Shown here: positions 43,801 to 56,967 of the stretch, piece after piece
Position numbering within the stretch: position 1 is the first letter of the stretch
Layout of the letters: every line of letters starts with the position of its first letter
Assembly: GCA_964016885.1 (NCBI GenBank)
Contig: OZ024743.1
Location: forward strand, 121,272,001-121,336,000
Length of the DNA stretch: 64,000 nucleotides
Direction: 5' to 3'
From: Eledone cirrhosa
Lineage: Eukaryota
Translations under genes and position numbers: made by a program
The notes under the pieces: model-generated
What the model saw: only the letters and a program-made list of their open reading frames with translations
Told to the model about the DNA's origin: nothing
The model's database searches: none

Positions 43801-45262
43801 GATATTTCTGACCAGTTTGAATTGCATGTAAATGTAATGAAGAGATATGGCCGACCAAATTTTCTGACAAGCCATTGCATCTTGCGTACGTTCACGCATG
43901 TAACGTGGTCCTCCCGTGAAGCTTGATGGTAGTATGACTGGCTGGCCAATATTTCTTGGGTCAACATCAGAATTGATGGCATCTCTAAGGTGGATGTAGT
44001 TATCTGCCCTCAACTTAGTTTGATTCCTTCGCAGAAAACCCAATCTTTCTGTTTCAATTTTGGCATACATGCCAACCTTGAACTGGCTGGTTACTTCTTT
44101 GAATCGCAGAACTTGGTTGAAGTGAGCACGTACCATGAAATATTAAGCATAGAATTATTTGCAGCTGATTGATCGGCCAGTTTCTTGTCCCGTTCCTGGG
44201 CTGATCTGCCATAGCTGAAAATGATATTCATCTTGACCATTCCAAAAGATGAGCAGATATTGAAGTGAATCATAGGCTCTATGAGTTTCACAAATTCGCT
44301 CCAAATGTCCACTTTGTTTTTAAAACAATGTTACGTCGTTCATGCTGTTCATCAACCATTATGATTGCAACTTCATCAGTGACAGGTGCATTGAATCTGC
44401 GTTCATGTTCTGAAGCTGGGCGTTTGTCTGCCCTAATGATGATTTTACGATCTCTGGTGTCGTTCGTATGCTCCAGTGAATATTTAAATACACTGACGTA
44501 CATGTGATGTTGGTGAAGCATTTCTTGTAACTTTATGACTATGTAGAACTGCAATCCACCATGAACATTGGTACATCTTTGTTGTGCCTGTGTTTCATTT
44601 CCACCCATGAAGTAAACCTGCACAAATTTGTGAGGCTCCTGTGAAAGTGGCAGAAGGCCACCCATTAAGTGGTAACACTGTCCCTGAATTTTATAAGTTG
44701 TACAGAATCTAAAGTCAGTCACATTCCTGTCAGCCCCAAAAGATGTCATTTGAAAGGCAGAATTATATTTTATGATGTATTTATTGAAGTGTTGTGCTTC
44801 TGGTGTATGCTGAAGGAGCAGATTCTTCAGAAATTCAGGAGCTTCTTGTATTATTTTAAGGGTCACTTTGCCTTTTGAGCTGCATAAGCATGGTGTTTGT
44901 GCTGCCCACTTCTTGACACCACAATACTGGCAGCATTTGTTCATTTTCCCAAAGTTGATTTGGGGATTACTGCTGTAGTCCTTTTGATGGTCATAAGAAA
45001 AAGCACGCATCAGCCAGTTCATTTTATTTGTGGCTCGTTCTCCTGCTCGGGCAGTAGAAACGATGTGCTTGATTAGCATTTCATCTGATGTGCTGCTGTC
45101 CCTTAATTTGTTGTTCTCGTAGTAGCAGCAGTCCTTTGTTCCCTTTCACCCAAATGGTGTGCTCGTGTTAAAGCTGTTTGGGCTCTGTTAGCGCTGTGTT
45201 TTCTTTCTCTTAGCCTCTGAAGCGGACCTTCCATATAATGATCTGGAACGTTTTCTAGGCAT
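40898..45262 (-). pseudogene. Helitron Rep (HUH-Y2)/PIF1-like helicase, frameshifted
   Basis: IEWQTGGLPHSHTLIW, YVTKYINKG, IALAVASSGIAATILDGGRTAHS, GDFRQTLPV, FAMTINKSQGQSL, GQLYV. Confidence 0.95.
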
Positions 45263-45287
45263 TTGAAGTGATATTATTACACACCAC

Positions 45288-45358
45288 ACGATAAAATAAA
45301 GTACCAGTAATGCACTGGAATAATTGCTGGCCTTGTGCCAAAAGTAGTAACAATTATT
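45288..45358 (+). mobile_element. SINE 3' fragment inserted in the Helitron 5' region
   Basis: CGATAAAATAAAGTACCAGTAATGCACTGG...GCCTTGTGCC; ATTATTACACACCACAC is repeated on both sides. Confidence 0.8.
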
Positions 45359-45619
45359 ACACACCACACTCTTTCCAAAATACAAACAACTATAGAATGT
45401 ATTGTTCACTCAGTAAAGTTGTTTTAAATTATCTCTTTATACGAATGTATACAAGGTGTAATTAATTTTAGAAAATATTGGGATTTCAGATTGAATCCAA
45501 AAAAACGACAAACACTACAAAAAAAATATTTTCTGTGTTAATTCAAATAACACCGGAAAATAATATATTCAATTAATATCTTTTAAAAATACCGTTTTTT
45601 TGTTTTTTTCGTCTGTTAA

Positions 45620-45668
<49 letters not shown>

Positions 45669-46100
45669 ACTTCTATAAAAGTATCTGTGATTTCTTTAGA
45701 CATATGTAGAAAATAAGCTTTGATGTAATATATATCGTCTGCTAAAGAACCCCCCATAACACACATATGTGTGTGTTAATATATATATAAACGCGGACAC
45801 GTTAGGTAAATAATCCTTCCAATCACCCTCCCTCTCTGCTGCCTCTTTACTTGTTTTTCTCGCTCCCATCTTTTCTCTTTTCTTAATGTCTTTCTCTCCC
45901 CATCCGCCTCACTCCTTTTCTCTTTTTCATCTCCTCTCTTTCTTTCTGTCTTTCTTTCTCTCACTCTACAGAATAGCAAACAAAAAATAAATAAAAGATA
46001 AAAAACATTGGAAGACTTAAGAAGTGTGTATAAATAATAAATAAATAAAAGTTAATGAACGCTAGCTGCTTTCCCTCTCTCTCTCTCCCTCCCCATTACA

Positions 46101-46147
<47 letters not shown>

Positions 46148-46890
46148 ACATCCCCCCTCTCTCTACGGAATAGAAAACCAAAAAAGATAAATAACGTTAA
46201 GGAAGCAGGAGAGTTAAAAAGTGTGTAAAAATAATAAATAAATAAAAGTTAAGAACGCTGATTACTTTCCCTCTCTCTCTTTCATCGTCTTTCTCTCTCA
46301 TCCTCTTACTCTCTTTCTTTCTCTCTCACATCCCTTTACTCTCTCTCTCCCATCTCCCACTCTCTCTCTCTCATCCCTTACTCTCTTTCTTTCTCTCTCA
46401 CATCCCCTTAGTCTCTCTCTCTCCCATCCACTCACTCTCTCTCTTTTTCTCTCATCCCCTTAGACTCTCTCCCATCTCCCACTCTCTCTCTTTCTCTCTC
46501 ATCTCTTACTCTCTCGCTTTCTCTCTCCCATCCATCACTCTCTTATCTACAGACTGGGGAACATAAAAAAACAAAATGGATGATCTCTTTTGCTATTCAT
46601 TAGAAAATAAGATAAATTGAATTTAAATGAATTCCTTGCTTTACAAAGTAAAACTATTTCCGACCGTTACCTGTCCGAGTGTATAGTGAATATGTGCATG
46701 TAATTTTGAGGAGTTTGGTCGGGTAGTTTGCTAGTTTTAGGCGGACACACAGAATCGTAAACTTGCATTTATATATATATAGATGACTTCTACAGGACTA
46801 GAACTGTTTCATCCATATAGACTTTCTTGATGAGTTCGTGCGAATGAAACAGTTCTAGTGTTTTAAAAGATATTCCCACACAGACACACA

Positions 46891-46938
<48 letters not shown>

Positions 46939-47028
46939 TACATACATACATACATACATACATACATACATACATACATACATACATACATACATACATA
47001 CATACATACATACATACATGTGTATATA

Positions 47029-47070
<42 letters not shown>

Positions 47071-47689
47071 CGGAACCAAATAAATATATATTATTTTAAA
47101 AAAAGATTCCAGTTGCATTTTCGATTTCATCCTTTTTCCTTATACTTTCACTCGTGTAGGAAACCGGTTATTTTTCATTTTGTAAAAACAACCTATATTA
47201 TATATAGAGTTATAAACTCAAATAGTCTTTTACAATTAAATAGCTCAAAGAAAGGAATATTTCTGAATCGTGTAATACAAATGAATATATGATAGGGATA
47301 AACACTGATACAAGTATACATGTGTTCGCATTGCAAATGACCAAGTTAGCTAGATTGAAAAATACTAATTAAAATAATACGGTTTGCCTCTCTCGATTTA
47401 AAATAATAAATCAATAAAAACAAAGCTATATTGGCAATAGCCGTGATACCTGGACAAATTTTAAATTCTAAATTTTAAATTTGTTTCGCAACAATTAAGT
47501 GAAATTTCCTATTCCTGTGCTCTTCTGCAGGTATCCAGAAATTGGTAATTTTCACTTCAAAATACTTAAGAAGACTAAGAGAAATGTGCTGTTGAAAGCA
47601 CATGTATCACAGCACGTCCCATACTCGTGCCGCTAAAAATAGCAGCCGGTTTTATGGGACTAAAAATTAGCTCAACGCATGGAGCCGAG

Positions 47690-47740
<51 letters not shown>

Positions 47741-47746
<6 letters not shown>

Positions 47747-47866
47747 TAACAGATTAAAGTTTAAGCAAAGAATCGCTGCTTGTATATTTGATCGCTGTTC
47801 TTATATATTTGATATATATTTATCCTTATCGAGCCCTCTTTGGATTTTAGTCTTCAAATTTATTAT
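47741..47866. mobile_element. Two PLE family A pLTR fragments in opposite orientation
   Basis: 47741-47781 (minus, 3' half of the HHR) and 47797-47866 (plus, pLTR end). Confidence 0.75.
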
Positions 47867-47933
47867 ATATATATGTATGTATGTGTATGTGTATACGTAC
47901 ATACATATATGTATACAGACGTACAGTAGCATG

Positions 47934-48011
<78 letters not shown>

Positions 48012-48177
48012 CATATATATACATACAGGTACACATACATATATGCACGTATCAGTTTAGCGGACGCTTATTATAACGCCGCTTTGTTCGTTTGTAAACA
48101 AACTGAACAGCCTGAATTTTTATGCCGTACGGTGTTAAGGCAACCACGTCACCTTTTTGTTCAACACTGACACAGGA

Positions 48178-48220
48178 ACGATGTACTAGTTTCAAGCTTG
48201 TTAGCTATCATCAGCACCGT
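48178..48220 (-). ncRNA. Minimal type I hammerhead ribozyme
   Basis: acggtg CTGATGA t-agct-aaca-agct-t GAAA ctag TA catcgt. Confidence 0.85.
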
Positions 48221-48454
48221 ATACCCTTCTGCCAGATGGTTGAACGTTCGAAAGTATATACTTTCCTTATGAAAATTAACGGCTGAGCAGCCTAATTTGC
48301 ATATCAAGTGAGTTCGGTCAGGCGTACCGAGAACGATAAGTTGTAATAAAATGAAAACGAAATTTCATTTCTCACTCTTAGTACGGCACTTACTTAAATG
48401 TAAGTATGTGTGTATACGTACATACATATATGTATACAGACGTACAGTAGCATG

Positions 48455-48554
<100 letters not shown>

Positions 48555-48729
48555 TACAGGTACACATACATATATGCACGTATCAGTTTTCGTTTTCATT
48601 TTATTACAACTTATCGTTCTCGGTACGCCTGACCGAACTCACTCGATATGCAAATTAGGCTGCTCAGCCGTTAATTTTCATAAGGAAAGTATATACTTTC
48701 GAACGTTCAACCATCTGACAGAAGGGTAT

Positions 48730-48772
48730 ACGGTGCTGATGATAGCTAACAAGCTTGAAACTAGTACATCGT
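48730..48772 (+). ncRNA. Minimal type I hammerhead ribozyme
   Basis: Same motif: 6-bp stem I with one G-U, palindromic CTAG loop III, predicted cleavage after GUA at 48766. Confidence 0.85.
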
Positions 48773-48931
48773 TCCTGTGTCAGTGTTGAACAAAAAGGTG
48801 ACGTGGTTGCCTTAACACCGTACGGCATAAAATTCAGGCTGTTCAGTTTGTTTACAAACGAACAAAGCGGCGTTATAATAAGCGTCCGCTAAACTGATAC
48901 GTGCATATATGTATGTGTACATGTATGTATA

Positions 48932-48999
<68 letters not shown>

Positions 49000-49690
49000 C
49001 ATGCTACTGTACGTCTGTATACATATATGTATGTACGTATACACACATACTTACATTTAAGTAAGTGCCGTACTAAGAGTGAGAAATGAAATTTCGTTTT
49101 CATTTTATTACAACTTATATATATATATATATATATATATGATAGGAATAAACACTGATACAAGTATACATGTGTTCGCATTCCAAATGACCAAGTTAGC
49201 CAAGATGGGTTTGTTTTTATTGATTTATTATTTTAAATCGAGACAGGCAAACCGTATTATTTTAATTAGTATTTTTCAATCTAGCTAACTTGGTCATTTG
49301 CAATGCGAACACATGTATACTTGTATCAGTGTTTATCGCTATCATATATTCATTTGTATTACACAACTCAGAAATATTCCTTTCTTTGAGCTATTTAATT
49401 GTAAAAGACTATTTGAATTTATAACTCTATATATAATATATATATATACATTTATGAACATATATGCAAGGACAATCTCATAATATTCAACTCCCCACAT
49501 CTCACATTTCCAGAAGAAAGACTCCATCGTCAATGAGTGTGTATGTAGGTATATATGCATGTATGTATGTTTGCATGTATGTGTGTATGTACGTAAGTAT
49601 CTATATATGTATGTATATATATATTTGTGTGTGTATATACATACATACATACATACATACATACATACATACATACATACATACATACAT

Positions 49691-50726
49691 GGTTGCTGCC
49701 AACTCGTTTTCGAGTACGGCCACTACTTTATATCCATGTAGGAGAACCCCTACCGATGCGCTGAACGAGTGTGACTTTTTAGTCCAGCCAGCGACTTGAA
49801 AACTCTGGTACAAACACTACACTTGTGACAATTATTGACACATAGTGCTGGGCCCATGGTACCATGTGACGACAAGTGCAGAGAGATCTCCAGATATAAA
49901 GTAATGCCTGTGCCGTGAAGCTTTTATAGTGAGCAAAGGCACTGCACAAAGCCAGTCCCACTCTCTTAACGAAGATGATATTTAACAAAAAGAAGAACAA
50001 GTCAACATCATTGGATACCATCAGGGTTGCAGGTGTTATATCAGAGTTTTCCTTCTCCTAGAATTCTGCCTTGACAAATGCTAAGGGGTCATCTCTCCCG
50101 GTGATTTTGGATGGCCATTGACTCTTAAGAGCTCCTTTGCCCTTTGACAGGTTTTGTTTTTAGTCCTGCAGGATGTCCAAAGTCACCCTCCTCACCAAGA
50201 AACCTTGGTGCGTTGCCAGTTTAGTCGCCAACGACTCGACCATGAGACAGGTTGTACTGGGATACATGTTACCAGTAGCACCAACTGGTGACCTGACATA
50301 CATACATACATACATACATACATGGTTGCTGCCAACTCGTTTTCGAGTACGGCCACTACTTTATATCCATGTAGGAGAACCCCTACCGATGCGCTGAACG
50401 AGTGTGACTTTTTAGTCCAGCCAGCGACTTGAAAACTCTGGTACAAACACTATACTTGTGACAATTATTGACACATAGTGCTGGGCCCATGGTACCATGT
50501 GACGACAAGTGCAGAGAGATCTCCAGATATAAAGTAATGCCTGTGCCGTGAAGCTTTTATAGTGAGCAAAGGCACTGCACAAAGCCAGTCCCACTCTCTT
50601 AACCAAGATGATATTTACCAAAAAGAAGAACAAGTCAACATCATTGGATACCATCAGGGTTGCAGGTGTTATATCAGAGTTTTCCTTTCTCCTAGAATTC
50701 TGCCTTGACAAAGGCTAACGGGTCAT
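49691..50726. repeat. Tandem duplication of an unclassified ~600 bp unit (period 633) embedded in (CATA)n
   Basis: GGTTGCTGCCAACTCG at 49691 and 50324; the second copy is truncated. Confidence 0.9.
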
Positions 50727-50754
50727 CATACATACATACATACATACATACATA

Positions 50755-53700
50755 TTGTAGAACACCTATTTATATGAATGATACATAAACTTTAACATAT
50801 AAATACAGCGTTGTTATATTATATTACATTCATAAAGGAATATACTAAGTAACGGTTCTTTTTGTTCTCGATTCAACCGATTCAAGAACAACGTTTAAAA
50901 CACAGTTGTAGAATTAAAAACTAACTGAAAAGAAATATTACCCAAGCTGTGAATAACTTTAAATTTGATTCTGACAGAACTTTGTCGTAACTTTTAAAGA
51001 TCATCGACTATGTTGAAAAATAAATACGAAATATTAGTGAATAGACGAACTCATCATGGCAAAAGGTACAAGTCTCCTTCGACCAAATCGCAACTACAAC
51101 CGTTGTACACAGTGGAGCTACGAGCTTAACAAAGTATTATATGAAGCATACAAACAATCTGAACCCCAAAAAGTTCGGTTTTATGCAAAGGCTAAAAACT
51201 TTATGGAACTCCAAACACCCAGAATTAGACTTTTCTCCAAAGCATTTAAATGAACAGGCAAAACGTATCATTAGATGTAAATTGATACATCTAACGGAAT
51301 TGAGTGATACTACAAATACAGCCCTTGTATACAACCACCCCACCTCCAATGACAGACAAAGAGAATGGCCAGCTAAATCTAACAGTGAACAGCTCACCAA
51401 CAATTTTGCTGAAATCCATCCCACTTCCACTGAAGAACAGCGAGAAAGGTCAGCTGACTCTAGTAGTAATTGTCACCACATCAACACCGAGGCTGAAATT
51501 CATGACTCTACTGAACAAACAGAGCACCAAAAACTTGTGGGCACCCTACAAGTGATATGGAACGATATGTTTCAAGAGATACACAGCCTTAATGTGAGTG
51601 ACAGACCATACAACACTAGAGTCAGTAAAGAACCCACTAAATTGGAATTGGAAGCGGTGAACGAAATAGCTGGCAATTATCTGAAGGCTATACGATCTAA
51701 AGGTATAGAAACGACATTCGAAACGCTTAATGTTTTGTTATATGTTTCAGCTGTCACATTGCTATCATATAACACACATCTAAAACCACGCAATCAAGAT
51801 ACAAACAGAAAGCCTGAACCAGCGTGGATGCGAAATTTAAAAACCAAAATTTTGTCCCTGAGACGAAGTATCTCACACATCGCAGTCGTTATGAAATGCA
51901 ACATAGAGAGCAACTTCACACGACACCAGGAAGACCTAAAGAAAAAGTTAGAGACGATTTGGAGATGCAAAATTTTAAACTTTGAACTCCAAATTACATC
52001 AGTTGAAACAACAACTCACAGCTACAACAGAAAGACTAAAATATAAGTCAACAGCACATAAACGACAAGTGCTAAATAGATTGTTTGCCAGAGATCCTAA
52101 ATCAGTTTATCGCAACTTCGGTGGCAAAAGCTCAATCCCTGTAAACGACAGCCCTTCAAAAGAACAGGTTGAGAGCTACTGGAGATCTGTATGGGAAACG
52201 GATGACGGATTCAACAGACAAGCTAATTGGCTAAAAGAACTGGAACAGGACTACTGCCAACATGTCCAGACAAAACAATATGACATAGATGGGTCAATAC
52301 TGGAAACAGCTCTACAGAAAATGTCGAATAGGAAATCGCCAGGCCCAGACCTCATTACAGGATACTGGTTGAAGAATTTCACTTTCTATCGGCAAGATCT
52401 CATACGGCTGTTTACAGAAACCATTAAGGGCACGCAAGAACTGCCCAGATGATTATCAACTGCCATTACTCTCCTCATTCCCCAAAATAGCCAAACAACC
52501 CTTGCTAAAAATTACCGCCCAATTGCCTGCCAAAACATCATGTATAAATTATATACTGGGTGCCTTAACCTGTTCTTACAGGATCACTGTGCTACCAACA
52601 ACATCATAACACCCGAGCAAGCTGGTGGAAAGAGGGAGGCGTGGGGTTGCATAGATCACCTACTAACTAACAAAATGATTCAGGAAAAAAAAAAAAAGAA
52701 TCGCAGAAACATGACTGTCGTGTGGCTGGACTATCAAAAAGCATTTGATAGTGTACCTCATGGGTGGATTATTAAGGCTTTACAGTTAGCTAAAGTCCTA
52801 CAACCATTGGTAGCTGCTGTTGAACGCCTGACCAAGAACTGGTACACCAATTTGATCCTTAGAGGTGAGAAGGAGCAGGTTAAGACTGATAAGATACATT
52901 ACCAGAAGGGCATCTTTCAGGGTGATAGCTTGTCAGTGCTTCTCTTCGTTCTCTCACTGAATCCACTATCTTACCTACTCAGGAAACAAGGTGGACAAAG
53001 AAGTGGGCCCAGAAGTATCTCCCATCTTTTCTTTGTTGATGACCTGAAGTTGTATGGGCCAAATATCAATGACATCAAGAAACAATTGGACCTCATTACA
53101 CAATTTTCAGCCGACATCAAAATGAAATTTGGTAAGTCCAAGTGTGCATATTTGGCAGTAAAACGTGGAAGAGCTGTGCCCTCCTCTAGAAATTTAGAGA
53201 TGAACGGCCTGACAATACAACCTCTGCAGTCAGGTGACAACTACAGATATCTTGGACAGGATGAGAATGTCAGATATGATGGACCCATAAATAAGGAGAG
53301 AACCAGAACTGAATACCTCAGAAGAGTAAAGAAAATATGGTCATCAGAACTGTCAGCATACAACAAATACATTGCCCACAATACTTATGCTGTGCCAATT
53401 CTAACGCCAACATTTGGCCTACTGAACTGTCATTGCAAGAACTAAGTGAGATGGATGTTAGAACTCGAAATCTTCTCAGTGTTACTGGGAACTTTAACAT
53501 CAATGGTGATGTGGATAGGCTATACTTCCCACGCAAGAAAGGTGGTCGGGATCTAAAATCAATATTAACAACATATGAGACCCGGATAGTAACAATGAAG
53601 CAACACCTTCAACAGAGGAAAAAGGTTGGCAGCCATCTTGCCCAGGTTTATGAGCATGAAAAAAGAAATATCATTAGAATAGCGACTGATCTGGAGGAGA

Positions 53701-54638
53701 GATATGGAATAAAGCCTGATATAAATCTCTCACCCAGAGAAATAGGAAGATCCTATTCAATGTTCAAACAAGATAAAAAAATTGACCAATTTACAGAAAA
53801 AGTTTTGCATGGATACTTGAGGCGTAAAACACAGACCATAGAGGGGATAAACCACTCAAAAAGCCTGGCATAGAGTTCCGACAAGTTTATGACATCACAC
53901 CTTGAGGGATATCTATATGCAATACAGGAACAAGAACTCCCTACCAAATATCTGCTGCACAAAAGAGGAGGGCCAACAGCTGACAATAAATGTAGGCTAT
54001 GTAAAACAAAGATCGAGGATGTAAGCCACATTGTTGCCAGCTGCGAAAGAATGTCATCTCGCTACTACTTCCCCATGAGACACGATGGGATAGCTAGAAC
54101 CATCTGGAACGCAATTCGGAAAACAAAATTAACAAACGAGGAAGAATATATTGAGACAGATGGCACTAAGGAATACTGGTGGAACCTGAAAATAAAAACT
54201 GCCACCAAATTAAAGCACAACCGGCCTGATATTGTAGTTTGGGACCACACATTGAAAACGTGTTCTGTTGTGGAGATCAGCTGCCCACTTGATGTAAACG
54301 TTGTCAGAAAAATACAGGAGAAGGAGAACATCTACGGACCATTGATGAGGAGATTACAAATCCAGTATCCAAGATACACCTTTAGCTTCATACCCATCAT
54401 TATTGGGGCTACGGGTTATATAGCAACCCGCTTGGACCAAAGTATGACTGAACTTGGATTTGCGGACAAAAAGCGCAGCTCCCTAATTCATAGTCTACAA
54501 ATGGCTGCGATAGCTGGCACCTTCAAAATTTGCAAAACATTCTTGCGATTCAAGGGATGACAATTTCTTTTCTTTTACAACCTTGCCACCAAGAAGGTGG
54601 CCGGTCAAAAAAATATACTCGAAATTAAGAGAAAGAGA

Positions 54639-54640
<2 letters not shown>
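50755..54640 (+). mobile_element. Near full-length R4/Dong-type non-LTR retrotransposon; ORF 51056-54560 disrupted
   Basis: KSPGPD, WLDYQKAFDSVPH, GIFQGDSLS, HLFFVDDLKLY, CRLC..HIVASC, RHD, NRPDIV; frameshifts and two in-frame stops. Confidence 0.92.
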
Positions 54641-54705
<65 letters not shown>

Positions 54706-55056
54706 AAAATGGAACGGGAACAAAACAGAGAGGCAGTACAAACAAAGGTTTATTAGTTTCACGCTCTCGAATATATATATATAGACAAGATTTATATACG
54801 TATACATACATAAATACATATAAGCGATGGAGTCATTCTTATGGAAATATAAAATGTAGTGAGCTGAGAAATATCAATATTATGAGATTATCCTTGCAGT
54901 TTGTATACAGAATGCTGTTGTCTCCAATCTGTCAGGATAATCTCAGTTAATTGAAGTTTCCAGCTCACTAACTTTTATGTGAGAATTTGACATGATACGG
55001 GCATATATACATATATATATATGACAGGTTGATCGGACAATTCCTATATACATATA

Positions 55057-55108
<52 letters not shown>

Positions 55109-55141
55109 ATATATATATATATATATATATTATATATTATA

Positions 55142-55220
<79 letters not shown>

Positions 55221-55524
55221 GAAGTTATATTTAATTTGTTGGGATACAACAAGCAAATATTTTTATAACTGATATAAAGCACTCAACAAATTATTGGAGT
55301 AAAAATACAATATATTAACAAATGGAAACTATATTTATAAAACCATATTTATTTCAATATACATATTTCAAGGACACCAAAGCAAATTATGGTGCGCTTT
55401 CATCAGATAAAATATAATATAGATCAGTTTTATAAACAAATATTGACATACCCTTAAAGAATGCGACCATGTCGGTTGGAAGCTCACAGATAGTGGGGTT
55501 ACTAATTTTACCATTTGTTAATAT

Positions 55525-55568
<44 letters not shown>

Positions 55569-55569
55569 C

Positions 55570-55621
55570 GTCTTGTCCGATGAACCTGTCATAAACAGGC
55601 GAAACCCTAGAGTAACAAGAC
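55570..55621 (+). ncRNA. Type I hammerhead-like fold with CCGATGA core
   Basis: gtcttgt CCGATGA a-cctgt-cataa-acagg-c GAAA ccctagag TA acaagac: 7-bp stem I, 5-bp stem II. Confidence 0.65.
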
Positions 55622-55840
55622 TCACTATTCAGCCATAATAAAATGAATATGTATATACACATATATACACACACATATGTGTGGATATATATATATATAT
55701 ATATATGTATAATAAATTCATAGGGTTGGGTATATTTTATCTAATAATTCTTCAAACTTGTAATTTTATATATATATACAAATGTGTGTGTGGTGTGTGT
55801 GTGTGTATGTATGTATATATATATGTATTTAAATATATGT

Positions 55841-55904
<64 letters not shown>

Positions 55905-56153
55905 AAAAGAATGAAATGAAATTTCATTTCTCACTCTTAGTACGGCTGTTACTTAAATATAAGTATGTATACGTACATACATATATGTATACAGACGTAC
56001 AGTAGTATGTATATATATACATTCATGCACACACATATATATGAACGTATGAATTTACCGAACATTTATTATAATTTTCGGTTTGTTTGTAAACAAACAG
56101 CCCGACAGTGTTCGGCAACCATCGTCGCCCTATTGTTCAACACTGGCAAAGAG

Positions 56154-56196
56154 ACGATGAACTAGTTTCAAGCTTATTAGCTATCGTCAGCATCGT
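56154..56196 (-). ncRNA. Minimal type I hammerhead ribozyme
   Basis: acgatg CTGACGA t-agct-aata-agct-t GAAA ctag TT catcgt. Confidence 0.85.
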
Positions 56197-56924
56197 ATAC
56201 CTTCCTGTCATATGATTGAACGTTTGAAAGTATATAGTTTCCTTATGCATATTAACGGCTGAGCAGCCTAATTTGCATATCGTGTGAGTTAGCCGGCCGG
56301 GCGCTCCGAAAACGATAAATGAAAAAGAATGAAATGAAATTTCATTTCTGACTCTTAGTACGACTGTTACTTAAATATAAGTATGTATACGTACATACAT
56401 ATATATATACAGACGTACAGTAGTATGTATATATATATATATACATACATGCACACATGTATATATGTACGTATGAGTTTACAGAACATTTATTATAATG
56501 TTCGGTTTGTTTGTAAACAAGGTATACGATGCTGACGATATTGTAAGTGTTGAACATAAGAGCAACGATGGTTGCCGAACACTGTACGGCTTAATTCGGG
56601 CTGTTTGTTTACAAACAAACCGAACATTATAATAAATGTTCGGTAAACCCATACGTACATATATATATGTGTGCATGTATGTATATATATATACATACTA
56701 CTCTACGTCTGTATGCATATATGTATGTACGTATACATACTTATATTTAAGTATTAACCGTACTAAGAGTGAGAAATGAAATTTCCTATCATGCTTTTCC
56801 ATTTATCGTTTTCGGTACGCCCGGCCGACTAACTCACTCGATATGCAAATTAGGCTACTCAGCCGTTAATATGCATAAGGAAAGTATATACTTTCAAACG
56901 TTCAATCATATGACAGGAAGGTAT

Positions 56925-56967
56925 ACGATGCTGACGATAGCTAATAAGCTTGAAACTAGTTCATCGT
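56925..56967 (+). ncRNA. Minimal type I hammerhead ribozyme
   Basis: Same motif; perfect 6-bp stem I acgatg/catcgt; predicted cleavage after GUU at 56961. Confidence 0.85.

Larger units (their letters stand above)
39961..46783 (-). mobile_element. Helitron (~6.8 kb) with both termini
   Basis: 5' A|TCTATATATATATAAATG at 46783; 3' hairpin TACCCGG-N6-CCGGGTA (39971-39990) followed by CTAA|T at 39961. Confidence 0.8.

Noticed and set aside
49691-49772. HDV-like ribozyme at the start of the CATA-flanked unit
   Set aside because: Some hairpins are present, but P1, P3 and L3 do not fit the nested double pseudoknot by eye.
52450-52452. In-frame TGA as selenocysteine or readthrough in the R4/Dong ORF
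   Set aside because: It sits at an expected Trp position in a copy that also has frameshifts and a TAG; ordinary decay.
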